Source: an uncultured Nitrosopumilaceae archaeon
Lineage (GTDB): Archaea > Thermoproteota > Nitrososphaeria > Nitrososphaerales > Nitrosopumilaceae
Assembly: GCA_964508325.1 (NCBI GenBank)
Contig: CAZDTF010000001.1
Span: 1-26,462, forward strand
DNA: 26,462 nt
Direction of reading: 5' to 3'
The position numbers and the translations under genes are program-made. Positions 16,872 through 25,964 of this stretch are shown piece by piece. Below the pieces are notes generated by a model, which was not told the DNA's origin, searched no databases, and saw only the letters and a program-made list of their open reading frames with translations. Position 1 is the first letter of the stretch; every line of letters starts with the position of its first letter.

Positions 16872-17306
16872 ATGCAAGTCTTAAAGGAAGAGACAGGACC
16901 ATTCGAATCATGGTATCAACAACATCTGAATACGCAAAATCTATCTACAATTCCTAGTTTAATAACAGATGAAAATCTTGGTTTTGCAGATATTCAATCG
17001 ATAGAATTTAATGTCACGCAGCCTAACAATGAGGAACCTACTACCAAAAATGAACCAATTAACAGTTCTAAAATAGCAATCCTAACTGAATCAATGGTCA
17101 ACAAAGCACAAGAAGTGATTACAAAGTTTGAGCAAGATAATGATGAACATATAGTCAAGATAACAAAGTTGATGATTGACAAAACTCAAGAGCGTTTGGC
17201 AAAGTTTGAAGAAATAGATGACATCAGATATAACTTGGCATTGAAGCACCAAGACAGATTGGTCAAAGTTAGATTTGAATCACTTAAGAATGCAGAAACT
17301 GTATAA
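16872..17306 (+). CDS. Hypothetical protein with helical C-terminal duplication
   Basis: 144-aa ATG ORF with two copies of a 26-aa-period motif. Confidence 0.65.
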   Translation: MQVLKEETGPFESWYQQHLNTQNLSTIPSLITDENLGFADIQSIEFNVTQPNNEEPTTKNEPINSSKIAILTESMVNKAQEVITKFEQDNDEHIVKITKLMIDKTQERLAKFEEIDDIRYNLALKHQDRLVKVRFESLKNAETV

Positions 17307-17396
17307 AATCTATTTCGATTAGTATTATCAGCAAGATCTGTAAATAGATTTTATAAGAATTAATGCAAAGGTAGTTTGATTTACTAGTAAAGGTTG

Positions 17397-17428
17397 TATT
17401 ATAAACAGATATTCCCAAAAATGGAAAT
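17397..17428 (+). promoter_or_regulatory. TATA-like box plus palindrome ATTCCCA-AAAA-TGGAAAT upstream of the pilin operon
   Basis: TATTATAAA at 17397-17405 and the palindrome at 17411-17428; the first pilin ATG is at 17491. Confidence 0.6.
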
Positions 17429-17490
17429 TAGGGTGTCTTAATGAGATACACGCAATCGTACAATAGAGAATTGATGTAACTCTTTCTCAT

Positions 17491-17967
17491 ATGAGAAGAG
17501 GTCGAAAAGGTTCCAGACCAGGAGTAGCTACGATAGTTACTACTGCAATAATGCTTACAACCGTTGCAATCATGGGCAGCGGGGTTGTCGTATGGGGCCA
17601 TTCAAACATTTTTCAAAATGAAGGTGCTATCGCAAGATCTTTTTCTAATAACGTAAATCAAATTAATGAAAATCCAATAATTGAAAAAATTTGGTTTTGT
17701 AAAATTCAAAGTAACTGTCCAAGTAAACCAGTCCCAGCAGTTAACATCACTTTGAACAATCAAGGCAACGTAGGTCTAAATGTAACACAAATACAATTTA
17801 GCACTTCAACCAAAACCACCCAATATCATTATAGCAATCAAACAATCATATCACAAAGAACAGGATCAATATTAATTCCGTATGCATATAGCAGTAATGT
17901 ACTTACCAACATTCAGGTTACTACTGCAAGAGGTACAACAATTTCAACACAGGCATTACCACCATGA
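17491..17967 (+). CDS. Archaeal type IV pilin-like protein
   Basis: Basic leader MRRGRKGSRPG, then hydrophobic VATIVTTAIMLTTVAIMG; ends with the VTTARG pilin-like strand. Confidence 0.82.
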   Translation: MRRGRKGSRPGVATIVTTAIMLTTVAIMGSGVVVWGHSNIFQNEGAIARSFSNNVNQINENPIIEKIWFCKIQSNCPSKPVPAVNITLNNQGNVGLNVTQIQFSTSTKTTQYHYSNQTIISQRTGSILIPYAYSSNVLTNIQVTTARGTTISTQALPP

Positions 17968-19478
17968 ATAATGGAAATGAGACAAATATTGTAAAAGCAT
18001 TTTTTAAGAAATCTAAACCATATCTGAAAGACAGAGCGTACCATAGTTACAGAAGAGGAATTTCAGGCGTACTTGCTGCAGTAATTATGCTTTCAACTGT
18101 TTCTGTAATGGGTACAACAGCTGTTGTCTGGTCTCAAAGTAATCTACACACTAGAGAACAGGCCACAGGTTCGCTTTATTCTAACATCATAAATAAAGTT
18201 AAAGAATCCCTTATACTGGAACATTTTTGGTACAACACCCCTAGTCAAAATCTTAACGTTGTATTGAAAAATACTGGTGAGGATGGCCTTCATATTATTC
18301 AGATCGAAGTTGATGGTCCTACTCGTCAAATCACACCCATCATCAATGGAGGGATTGTTCCAAACGGAATTTACATGGGAGTAGTTCATTATTACTGGCT
18401 AGGAGACCCACTTGAGGTTTATGTAACAACAGACAGAGGCTCAATATTTCATTTTCACTTGGGATCCCCAACAGATGGTACGTTAATCATTAAGAAGGTT
18501 TCAAAATTAGGCAACGGCAATTTTAGTTTCAATGGTGACTTGGGAAAATTTAATGTAAATACGACAGGTTGGAGTACAGGAGCAAATCTTTTGCCAAATG
18601 GAAGTTTAATCATGTCTGGAGTAATTCGTGACTTTAATGGAACAGATCACCGTGGGGGTAATCCAGACTTCGAGAGGCCATGTCTGCTATTATCATGCCC
18701 TTATGGACTTCATGCTGGCATTGTACTCCCAAACCTTGGAGCTGATCATGAACCAGTTTATAACAATCAAACCAATTATGTATTTAATAATGGATTTACG
18801 ACGTTTAACCAATGGTATCATGATTCCTCATTTGGCATGAAGAAAAATTTGAACATTACACTTAACAAACTTCCTCCAAATCCTCCCAATCCTACAACAT
18901 GGACTTACAACAATACTAGTTTCTTTCCTATAGACAAACAGCTATTTTGCCAAGGCAATTTAACTTGTAGCTATAGTGATAAACAAATCCCAATATCCCA
19001 CTATCATAATTATGGTTTTACCTACGAGGTTCACTCTTCGTTTACATACCAAGGTGGAGAAACTTTCTACTTTAGTGGAGACGATGATGTGTGGGTTTTC
19101 ATTAACCATAAACTTGCCCTTGATTTAGGAGGAGTACATGCCTTAGCAAAAGCTGTAATCAAATTGGATCAAAATAAAACTCAACTTGGTATTACACCTG
19201 GAGGCACCTATGACTTTGACTTTTTCTATGCGGAGCGCCACACGGTCAGCTCTGATATGGAAGTTACCACCTCTATCCAGCTTGGTCAAAATGGTGTTGG
19301 AACCACAAGTGCCTTCTTTGTGGACCCAGGAAAATACACCATAAATGAATTGGTTCCCAACGGATGGACTCTAATAGGCAGACAATGTGATAATAGTTAT
19401 ACTCTTCCAAATTCCACTGAGATTACAATTACAGTACCAAAAGGAGTAACCACCTGCACCTTTACGAATACACAATAG
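17964..19478 (+). CDS. Pilin-like adhesin: class III signal peptide, pilin domain, fibro-slime/PA14 domain and prealbumin-like fold
   Basis: RRG|ISGVLAAVIML and VTTDRG; fibro-slime motifs IRDF, NPDFE, FNQWY, FFPID, HNYGFTYEVH, FSGDDDVWVFIN..LALDLGGVH and FFYAERH. ATGA overlap with the upstream gene. Confidence 0.88.
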   Translation: MNNGNETNIVKAFFKKSKPYLKDRAYHSYRRGISGVLAAVIMLSTVSVMGTTAVVWSQSNLHTREQATGSLYSNIINKVKESLILEHFWYNTPSQNLNVVLKNTGEDGLHIIQIEVDGPTRQITPIINGGIVPNGIYMGVVHYYWLGDPLEVYVTTDRGSIFHFHLGSPTDGTLIIKKVSKLGNGNFSFNGDLGKFNVNTTGWSTGANLLPNGSLIMSGVIRDFNGTDHRGGNPDFERPCLLLSCPYGLHAGIVLPNLGADHEPVYNNQTNYVFNNGFTTFNQWYHDSSFGMKKNLNITLNKLPPNPPNPTTWTYNNTSFFPIDKQLFCQGNLTCSYSDKQIPISHYHNYGFTYEVHSSFTYQGGETFYFSGDDDVWVFINHKLALDLGGVHALAKAVIKLDQNKTQLGITPGGTYDFDFFYAERHTVSSDMEVTTSIQLGQNGVGTTSAFFVDPGKYTINELVPNGWTLIGRQCDNSYTLPNSTEITITVPKGVTTCTFTNTQ

Positions 19479-19491
19479 AGTTAATTAGAAA

Positions 19492-20694
19492 ATGAAACAT
19501 CATAACACAATATTTGGAAAAGGTTTGAACGATAGAAAAGGAATAAGCACCATAGTAGGAAGTGTGTTTTTTATTATAATTTTCACATCAGTTGCATCCT
19601 ACGTACTTTATAGCATGAATCAAATAGATCAATTTGGAGTAGCTGTTATTGGCAAAGGTCAAGACAATATAAACAGAAATAGCGAAGCGTTTGAAATCAC
19701 GGGTGTCACTGAAGACAATAACAAATTCAACGTTACCATACAAAATACAGGTCAACTTCCTGTAAATATAACTAGATTATGGATTCAAAATAAAACAGAT
19801 CCCACTTGGCCTACTACAAAATTCTCTATAAACCAGATTGTAGCACCAGGACAGACTCTTACCAAGATAGGTGAGAATCTTCAACTTACTGCAAAATCTT
19901 CTCAGGCATACGATATCTCCCTGGTGACAGAAAGAGGAAACACTAAAGAATTTCTGGTAAATTCTGCTAGTCAAAAACCTCTTTATCTTCAGCTTTTTGT
20001 TTTACCTGATAAGATCTCATCAGGGTTTGATACCACATTACTACTTGCAGTTACAAATAACATGTCTAATAATGGGATTTTGACAAATCTTGTGCCAAAT
20101 GCTACTACTATTAGAGCTCCTCTTGGTGCCACTGTAACGTGGGTTTCAGGCCCAGAGCCAGCAGTATATCCGATATTGCAAAAAGGAGACACCGCGTATT
20201 TCAAATGGATTTATAATATTTCTGGAAACAGTGGGCAGGGAATTAATTTTACTTCATCGCTTCAAAATAGTTATCTTGGAAATTCTGTCTCAAGAAATGC
20301 TACCATTACTCAGATTCAAGGGATTCCAACCGTAAAAACCGTTATGGGTGGAGGATTAAATGGTACAATATCTAGTAATGTATTAAATTATTTGAAATTT
20401 TTTGGAGATAGCAAACCAAGTACAACTTATAATCTAAAAAGCATGATTATGCCGATTAGTGGTACGTTCAAAAACTTGTATGTGAGTAAAGTAACTGGTT
20501 CTGGTACTGCTACTTTGACATTATACAAGAATGCTGTAAGTAGTGGAATAACTTGTACCACTGGAACATCATGCCCGGATACAGGACATTCAGTAAGTGT
20601 TAATGCTGGAGATACAGTTGCGATGGCAATACAATTTTCAAATTTGGTACCAAATGGAGACGTTACGTTTACTGTAGAATTTGATCCTAATTAA
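19492..20694 (+). CDS. Large pilin-like protein with class III signal peptide
   Basis: RKG|ISTIVGSVFFIIIF and QNTGQLPVNITRLWI...LVTERGN, followed by extra beta-rich domains. Confidence 0.85.
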   Translation: MKHHNTIFGKGLNDRKGISTIVGSVFFIIIFTSVASYVLYSMNQIDQFGVAVIGKGQDNINRNSEAFEITGVTEDNNKFNVTIQNTGQLPVNITRLWIQNKTDPTWPTTKFSINQIVAPGQTLTKIGENLQLTAKSSQAYDISLVTERGNTKEFLVNSASQKPLYLQLFVLPDKISSGFDTTLLLAVTNNMSNNGILTNLVPNATTIRAPLGATVTWVSGPEPAVYPILQKGDTAYFKWIYNISGNSGQGINFTSSLQNSYLGNSVSRNATITQIQGIPTVKTVMGGGLNGTISSNVLNYLKFFGDSKPSTTYNLKSMIMPISGTFKNLYVSKVTGSGTATLTLYKNAVSSGITCTTGTSCPDTGHSVSVNAGDTVAMAIQFSNLVPNGDVTFTVEFDPN

Positions 20695-20732
20695 AAATTA
20701 GATTATAAAATTTAAATTGACTCAATTAGTTA

Positions 20733-21437
20733 TTAAATCACTTTGACATTGTGTATTATATTAAAAATAATGTCTCCAAATAAAAGTTGAGATACAAACC
20801 CAGCTGTTATGTATAACATATACGGTATGCCTGGAGTCACCCAAGTATCTGGAGTGGTGCTAAATGTAGCATTTTCTGCGTGACGAAATGAAAAATCAAG
20901 CTTTCTAAGATTCCCTTCCTTTTTTTCAATTGGAAAACTATATTTTGGATTTTTAGCACGATATCCAAGAAACATTGCTAGTGTCTTTTTTAGACTAGTT
21001 TCCTCAAACCCCTCAAAAATATTTTTGTGCAAAGAAATAGCTATGATATTACGAATAAAATTCCCAAATATTGGGATAATTGAAAATATAGCAGCATTTG
21101 TCAGGATGGTAAAAGGAGTAATTATTCCATGAGAGAAGCTTGCCTGAGGGGCTAATGCTGCCAAGACTATCAATCCTAATGCATCTGCGCCCCCAAAAAG
21201 ACCAGTTCGCCAAATGACTATGGCAACTGGAGCAATAATTAAGGAGAACCCACTAGATTTTAGAGAATCAAGCTGACTTGGTGAAAATATAATTAATAAA
21301 ACGGCAACGGCCCCAAAGGCAATCCACAAAATGTCGTGAATTTCTCGCTTCCAGATATCCCATATGGAAGCAATTGCTAACATGATGAGGGCTGAAAAGA
21401 TCTGTAAATTATGGATGTCAAAGACTAATTCAGCCAT
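20733..21437 (-). CDS. A24-family prepilin/preflagellin peptidase (PibD/FlaK-like)
   Basis: ASIWDIWKREI (first Asp), FGGADA (second Asp, GxGD-like) and C-terminal VTPGIPYMLYI. Confidence 0.9.
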   Translation of the reverse strand: MAELVFDIHNLQIFSALIMLAIASIWDIWKREIHDILWIAFGAVAVLLIIFSPSQLDSLKSSGFSLIIAPVAIVIWRTGLFGGADALGLIVLAALAPQASFSHGIITPFTILTNAAIFSIIPIFGNFIRNIIAISLHKNIFEGFEETSLKKTLAMFLGYRAKNPKYSFPIEKKEGNLRKLDFSFRHAENATFSTTPDTWVTPGIPYMLYITAGFVSQLLFGDIIFNIIHNVKVI

Positions 21438-21630
21438 GCTATTGCCTCATGTTTCTTAGATAAATTGTGAGATCTCAAAAAAAATTACCGTACTACCTGA
21501 AATATTTGAAGCTTGGTTGAATAATAGTATGTAATATTTTGTTAAGACTGTTATTATTAAATAATACTTGGATCAGGAAAAATTTGTTTTCGTTTCCAAA
21601 CGATCTTTTTTAATTTTAATTAAATTTCAT

Positions 21631-21648
21631 ATTTCCAAAAATGGAAGA
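21631..21648. promoter_or_regulatory. Palindromic operator candidate ATTTCCA-AAAA-TGGAAGA
   Basis: Located in the divergent region between the peptidase (start 21437) and ORF 21684; an AT-rich TATA-like stretch lies at 21615-21624. Confidence 0.5.
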
Positions 21649-21683
21649 CCAATCTTATATTCTAAAATGAAGAGGTTAAAAAT

Positions 21684-21929
21684 ATGAAACTATTTGCGTC
21701 ATTACACAATCCTAAAAGTCGTAAATACGGAATATATTATTCTGTAGTTTTAGCAAGTATATCTTTAATTTTGATCTTGGAAGCCATAAATCTGGTTCAT
21801 CTCACTATTGGGGAACACTTCAGCACTTATTTTGAGGGGTTTTTTTCTCTGTATATGATTAGTCGCCATAATATAGGACAAACATTTTTACAAAACTTGA
21901 ATTATTTGGGATTATTTCAAAGTAAATAG
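21684..21929 (+). CDS. Small hypothetical membrane protein
   Basis: 81-aa ATG ORF with one clear TM segment and a second weaker one. Confidence 0.5.
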   Translation: MKLFASLHNPKSRKYGIYYSVVLASISLILILEAINLVHLTIGEHFSTYFEGFFSLYMISRHNIGQTFLQNLNYLGLFQSK

Positions 21930-21930
21930 T

Positions 21931-24414
21931 CTATTTTTCGCGTAACTCTGTTATTCGATCCTTTATTCCAGATACTTTTTCCATGATACTGATTTTTTCT
22001 GTAATTCCATCAAGCATGTTTTTCTTTTTTAGAACTATAATGCCTCCAGCTGCAGCAGCTGCTACGGGAATCACAAGAAACATAGGGTTAATGCCAAACA
22101 GACTAAATGGAGTAGGCGTAGGACTCGTATTTGATGCGGTATTAGAACCTGTAACTGGAGCCAAAGCCGCATTCACATTTATTGTTTTACTCACAGGTGT
22201 AGTACCGAATGCTGCTCCTGATACTGTAGCCTGAACGGTTATCGTTTTAGGGTCTTGGGAAAGTAATGAGATTTTTGCGTTACCATCTTTATCTGTTAGA
22301 GAATCCTTGCTCTGTATTGCGGCACCAGTCACACTCCAATCTACCTTCATCCCATTCAATGGAACGCTTTTATACATTACATTTAAAGAGGCAGTAAAAA
22401 TCGTATTTGGGTCTACATAGTCATTTGAAGTAATACTTGCTTCAGGAGTCAGATTTGTCGAAACAACATTGAATTTTGCCAGTGGAAGGTCACTTGTTAA
22501 CACAGCAAGTTCAGCTGTACCACTTTGGTTAGATTCAGCATTAAATAAAGAGTAATAATTTCCCTTTTTTATTACAATGCTTTCCGGAACATTCAAAATT
22601 GCAGGATCACTTGAAACAAGCTTGAACTGCGTGTCATCTTCTAGAAACACAGGATTTCCCTGAACATCAAGGAGCTGAATGGAGAAGGTATTTTTGAAAT
22701 TAGATAGAATCTTTTCTGCATAATCAATAGTGATAGATGTAGGTTTGGAAGAAAGACTCTTAATGGAAAAACTAGTTGCAAAATCTCCCCCAGAAACAGA
22801 AATGGTCGAATCGCCTATTTTTGATGATTTTGAATTTACTAATACAATCGAATCTCCTTGATGAATTGTTTTAGACTCTGTTTGAAGAATATCTTTGGGA
22901 GAAATAAAAGGCATCATATCTTTGGGGAAATAATTTGGCACCCCATCTTTTGTCATATATAATGCAAGTGGAAATTCATTATCTGTCAGTATGGCCGGTA
23001 ATAATGAATCTGCAACAAGCGCAAATGAATTTGTGGATATTGTCGATATAATAGTAGAATATGTTTGTGGTACAGTTGGTGGTTGTGTTGTTACAACATG
23101 TAATGATGGTTGAACTGGTGCAGTACTTGCTACTTTGCCAAATACTAGTGCTGATCCTGTTCCTCTGCTTATAATTACTGGATCAATTGAAAGTGTTTTA
23201 GTATCAGAAGAATCTATTTCTATTTGAATATCTTTATTAGCAACAACTGGAGGACCTGGATAAACAATACTATCGTTTTCTAAATGTATTATTCCTATCA
23301 ATTCATCTTGTCCAGTAGCCAAAATTGGCAACACATCTAAAACTGCAGTATGGTCATCAAGTAATGGGCCAGGGGTGGTTTGCATCTGTACAGCTGGTGA
23401 AATAAGATAACCTTTTGTTGATAGCCCAACATTCCATAGACCTCCCATCGACCCCCAGGGTTCAGCAATCCAACCCTTTGTTCCGGCAGTTACTGAAATT
23501 TGCGTGTATCCCCAGTACGATCCTTTCTTAATTACAATTGGAACATTGGCATCCACTGGTGGATTTTCTCCACTGGTATTTATCATTGCGATACCACTTG
23601 AATTGCTAATTTGTACTGGCAGAGTAATATCTTCTGTTGCTTGGATTGGAACACTTCCCTCTTGAAGCTGAGCTATTATGTATCCGAAAGAGTTCTGATA
23701 GCTATTCAAAATTTTTGGAAAGACATATAATTGAATTGTTTTTTGAGTTTCAGCCGTACTAACAGTTACCGTACTACTTACAGTTGCCATAGATGATGCC
23801 GATGCCGATATTTGTGTAGAGCCATCCTTTTTTATTTCAAATTCTCCAATTGCAAAATAACCTCCCGCTTTAATAGTAAGTTGAGTATTTTGTAGATTAA
23901 CAATATTGCTATCAGTTGTTAACGTGATAATGGTGTCCTGCCGCGCTTTTATTGGAATACCAGCCTCATTTGCCAATTCAACTGCGATATATCCTTTTTC
24001 ATCTCCATGAGTTGAGAAAGTATTAGGGGTTGTTTTAATCAAAAGTTTTGAAGGTGCCTTGTTATCATTAAAGACTGTTACAGGTACTTCTAGAGATGCA
24101 AATCCTGGAGCGGCAAGAGCAATCGTTGTAGTACCAGGATTTAATGTGTGGATCTTTACTGAAGTTACAAAACTATTTGGATCTTCTTGAACTTCTGATA
24201 TCTGAATTATGGAAGAATCTGAAGATGTAGCTATTAATTTATCAACGTTATGCGGTATACCGTCTCCTTTGGCATAGACTTGTAGAACTATATCCGTATT
24301 CTCCATTATTTTGTTTGGCAGAAATCTGAAACCCAATTCACTAGGAGTTTGTGCATATGCACCTGTGGAAAATACAATAATTCCCATTAAAACCAAGGTC
24401 AATACTAGTTTCAA
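21931..24414 (-). CDS. Large secreted, C-terminally anchored multi-Ig-like surface protein
   Basis: Sec signal peptide (MKLVLTLVLMGIIVFSTGAYA|Q), repeated beta-rich ~110-aa units (e.g. IVIKKGxY), an invasin-like last domain (TDKDGNAKI), a Pro/Thr linker, a TM helix and a basic tail. Confidence 0.85.
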   Translation of the reverse strand: MKLVLTLVLMGIIVFSTGAYAQTPSELGFRFLPNKIMENTDIVLQVYAKGDGIPHNVDKLIATSSDSSIIQISEVQEDPNSFVTSVKIHTLNPGTTTIALAAPGFASLEVPVTVFNDNKAPSKLLIKTTPNTFSTHGDEKGYIAVELANEAGIPIKARQDTIITLTTDSNIVNLQNTQLTIKAGGYFAIGEFEIKKDGSTQISASASSMATVSSTVTVSTAETQKTIQLYVFPKILNSYQNSFGYIIAQLQEGSVPIQATEDITLPVQISNSSGIAMINTSGENPPVDANVPIVIKKGSYWGYTQISVTAGTKGWIAEPWGSMGGLWNVGLSTKGYLISPAVQMQTTPGPLLDDHTAVLDVLPILATGQDELIGIIHLENDSIVYPGPPVVANKDIQIEIDSSDTKTLSIDPVIISRGTGSALVFGKVASTAPVQPSLHVVTTQPPTVPQTYSTIISTISTNSFALVADSLLPAILTDNEFPLALYMTKDGVPNYFPKDMMPFISPKDILQTESKTIHQGDSIVLVNSKSSKIGDSTISVSGGDFATSFSIKSLSSKPTSITIDYAEKILSNFKNTFSIQLLDVQGNPVFLEDDTQFKLVSSDPAILNVPESIVIKKGNYYSLFNAESNQSGTAELAVLTSDLPLAKFNVVSTNLTPEASITSNDYVDPNTIFTASLNVMYKSVPLNGMKVDWSVTGAAIQSKDSLTDKDGNAKISLLSQDPKTITVQATVSGAAFGTTPVSKTINVNAALAPVTGSNTASNTSPTPTPFSLFGINPMFLVIPVAAAAAGGIIVLKKKNMLDGITEKISIMEKVSGIKDRITELREK

Positions 24415-24475
24415 ATCAATGATTTGTATCTAAAAAAGGGATATAAGCCGCTGTATGACTCTTTGAATAACATAC

Positions 24476-25960
24476 TTAGGTTGGAGTTGTTGTCTTAAGG
24501 AGTGACCCTACATTGAAAAGATGTAATTGTACAATATCTATTGATATCATTGTAATTATAACAAGAACCAACGAAAATAGAAATCCTCCTGAAAATGCAC
24601 CTTTTGTAATTTTACCAATAAATAATCCTGCAAGCCAAGCTTGTACGATAACAGCCATAGAAACAAGATCATAGAAAGACTTTGTTTGCTCGACATATGT
24701 ATCGCTTAATTTTTGTTTACCTAGTCGTGATTGTTCATTAATTCCTGCGAACGAGTCTATAGTTAATAGGGTAGTAAACCCAGTTATGGTGATTAACATA
24801 AAACCTACCATAATGTATGGTTTTAGCATTTCGCGCTTGTTTTTTTCAATGCCATAGATTTTTTCACTTGTGTCTGCTAATGAATCAAGGGTAGATACAT
24901 TTCCTCCACCAGAAGTAATTATCTCAAACAATATTCTAAAACTGACAAGCACTTGGAAATTCTTGACCTCACTGTAAAGTGAGTCAAAAATATTATTCAT
25001 GGGTATACCCCATTCTAATTTATTTGATATCGTATTTGCAATTATATTAAATGATCTATAGTCTTTTCTCTTACACGCTCGTATGATGCATTTTTCTGGA
25101 CCTAGTCCAGCCTTTCTTGCCTCTGTAATGTCTCGCAAAATTTGTGGTGTGGCAGTCTCCGCATCCAGATTTTTAGTGTATTTTGTTCTGAAGCGTAGAA
25201 CAGGCCATACTGACGCAGCCACCAATCCAATTCCAACCATATAGGAATTAACATGAAAGCTAGAAAGGACATTGCTGAGAATCAGAATTGTAGGAACTAA
25301 TATGCTTGGCAAGGCAAATCGAAGTATCTTTTTTACTTGCAATTCACTAATGTTGGAATAATTAAACATCTGTGCTAATTTGATAAATAATAGTGACATT
25401 ATTGGGGGAAATACTAGTATTTGGTAAGGTGGATTGAAATTGTCTGTTGTACTTTGTCCAAGATTTACTGATAAAGGATTGGAACCTATAGCTGCGACTA
25501 GAATGAATACTGCTAATATCACTATCTGCATAGTCAGATATGCATGCACTAGTCCACTTATCCTATCTATCGATCCTTTTTCTTTGGCCTCAAGCATTTC
25601 AAAGGAACTAGACATCCTGCTTTTCAGATAATTGATTACATTCCCACCGCTCTGAATTGCTGATACATAGCCTGCAAGAAAATCTCCAAGTGCCCTGGAT
25701 GATGATTTTTCTTTTGTCTGACTCAAGACGGTAAGTGGATCTAGTCCAAGCATGTCTACTCGTTTAATAATTTTTATTGATTCCTGGCGAATGGTAGGCA
25801 AAAGATGAAGATCTTTTATCTTTTGGAATATGGAATATGGCCCCATTCCACTTGTTGCAAGCAATGTTACTATAGTAATAAAATATGGCAATTCTCTTTC
25901 TATCTTCTTGGCTTGTTTTTTCTCATGCTCTGCCAGCTCAAGTTTTTTTAAGGACAACAT
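24476..25960 (-). CDS. Type II secretion system F-family / TadC-like pilus platform protein (two T2SSF domains)
   Basis: ELPYFITIVTLLATSG...AIQSGG and TPQILRDITEARKAGLGPE...SGGGN, each followed by TM segments. Confidence 0.92.
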   Translation of the reverse strand: MLSLKKLELAEHEKKQAKKIERELPYFITIVTLLATSGMGPYSIFQKIKDLHLLPTIRQESIKIIKRVDMLGLDPLTVLSQTKEKSSSRALGDFLAGYVSAIQSGGNVINYLKSRMSSSFEMLEAKEKGSIDRISGLVHAYLTMQIVILAVFILVAAIGSNPLSVNLGQSTTDNFNPPYQILVFPPIMSLLFIKLAQMFNYSNISELQVKKILRFALPSILVPTILILSNVLSSFHVNSYMVGIGLVAASVWPVLRFRTKYTKNLDAETATPQILRDITEARKAGLGPEKCIIRACKRKDYRSFNIIANTISNKLEWGIPMNNIFDSLYSEVKNFQVLVSFRILFEIITSGGGNVSTLDSLADTSEKIYGIEKNKREMLKPYIMVGFMLITITGFTTLLTIDSFAGINEQSRLGKQKLSDTYVEQTKSFYDLVSMAVIVQAWLAGLFIGKITKGAFSGGFLFSLVLVIITMISIDIVQLHLFNVGSLLKTTTPT

Positions 25961-25964
25961 ATTA

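Noticed and set aside
21060-21077. ATTCCCA-AATA-TTGGGAT, similar to the operator palindrome
   Set aside because: It lies inside the peptidase CDS and the spacing is off by one, so it was not counted as a site.
13144-25631. Remaining nested or antisense track ORFs (e.g. 13144, 13484, 15757, 16353, 16483, 16994, 18144, 18628, 19777, 19989, 21983, 25434)
   Set aside because: They are shadows or alternative frames of stronger genes.
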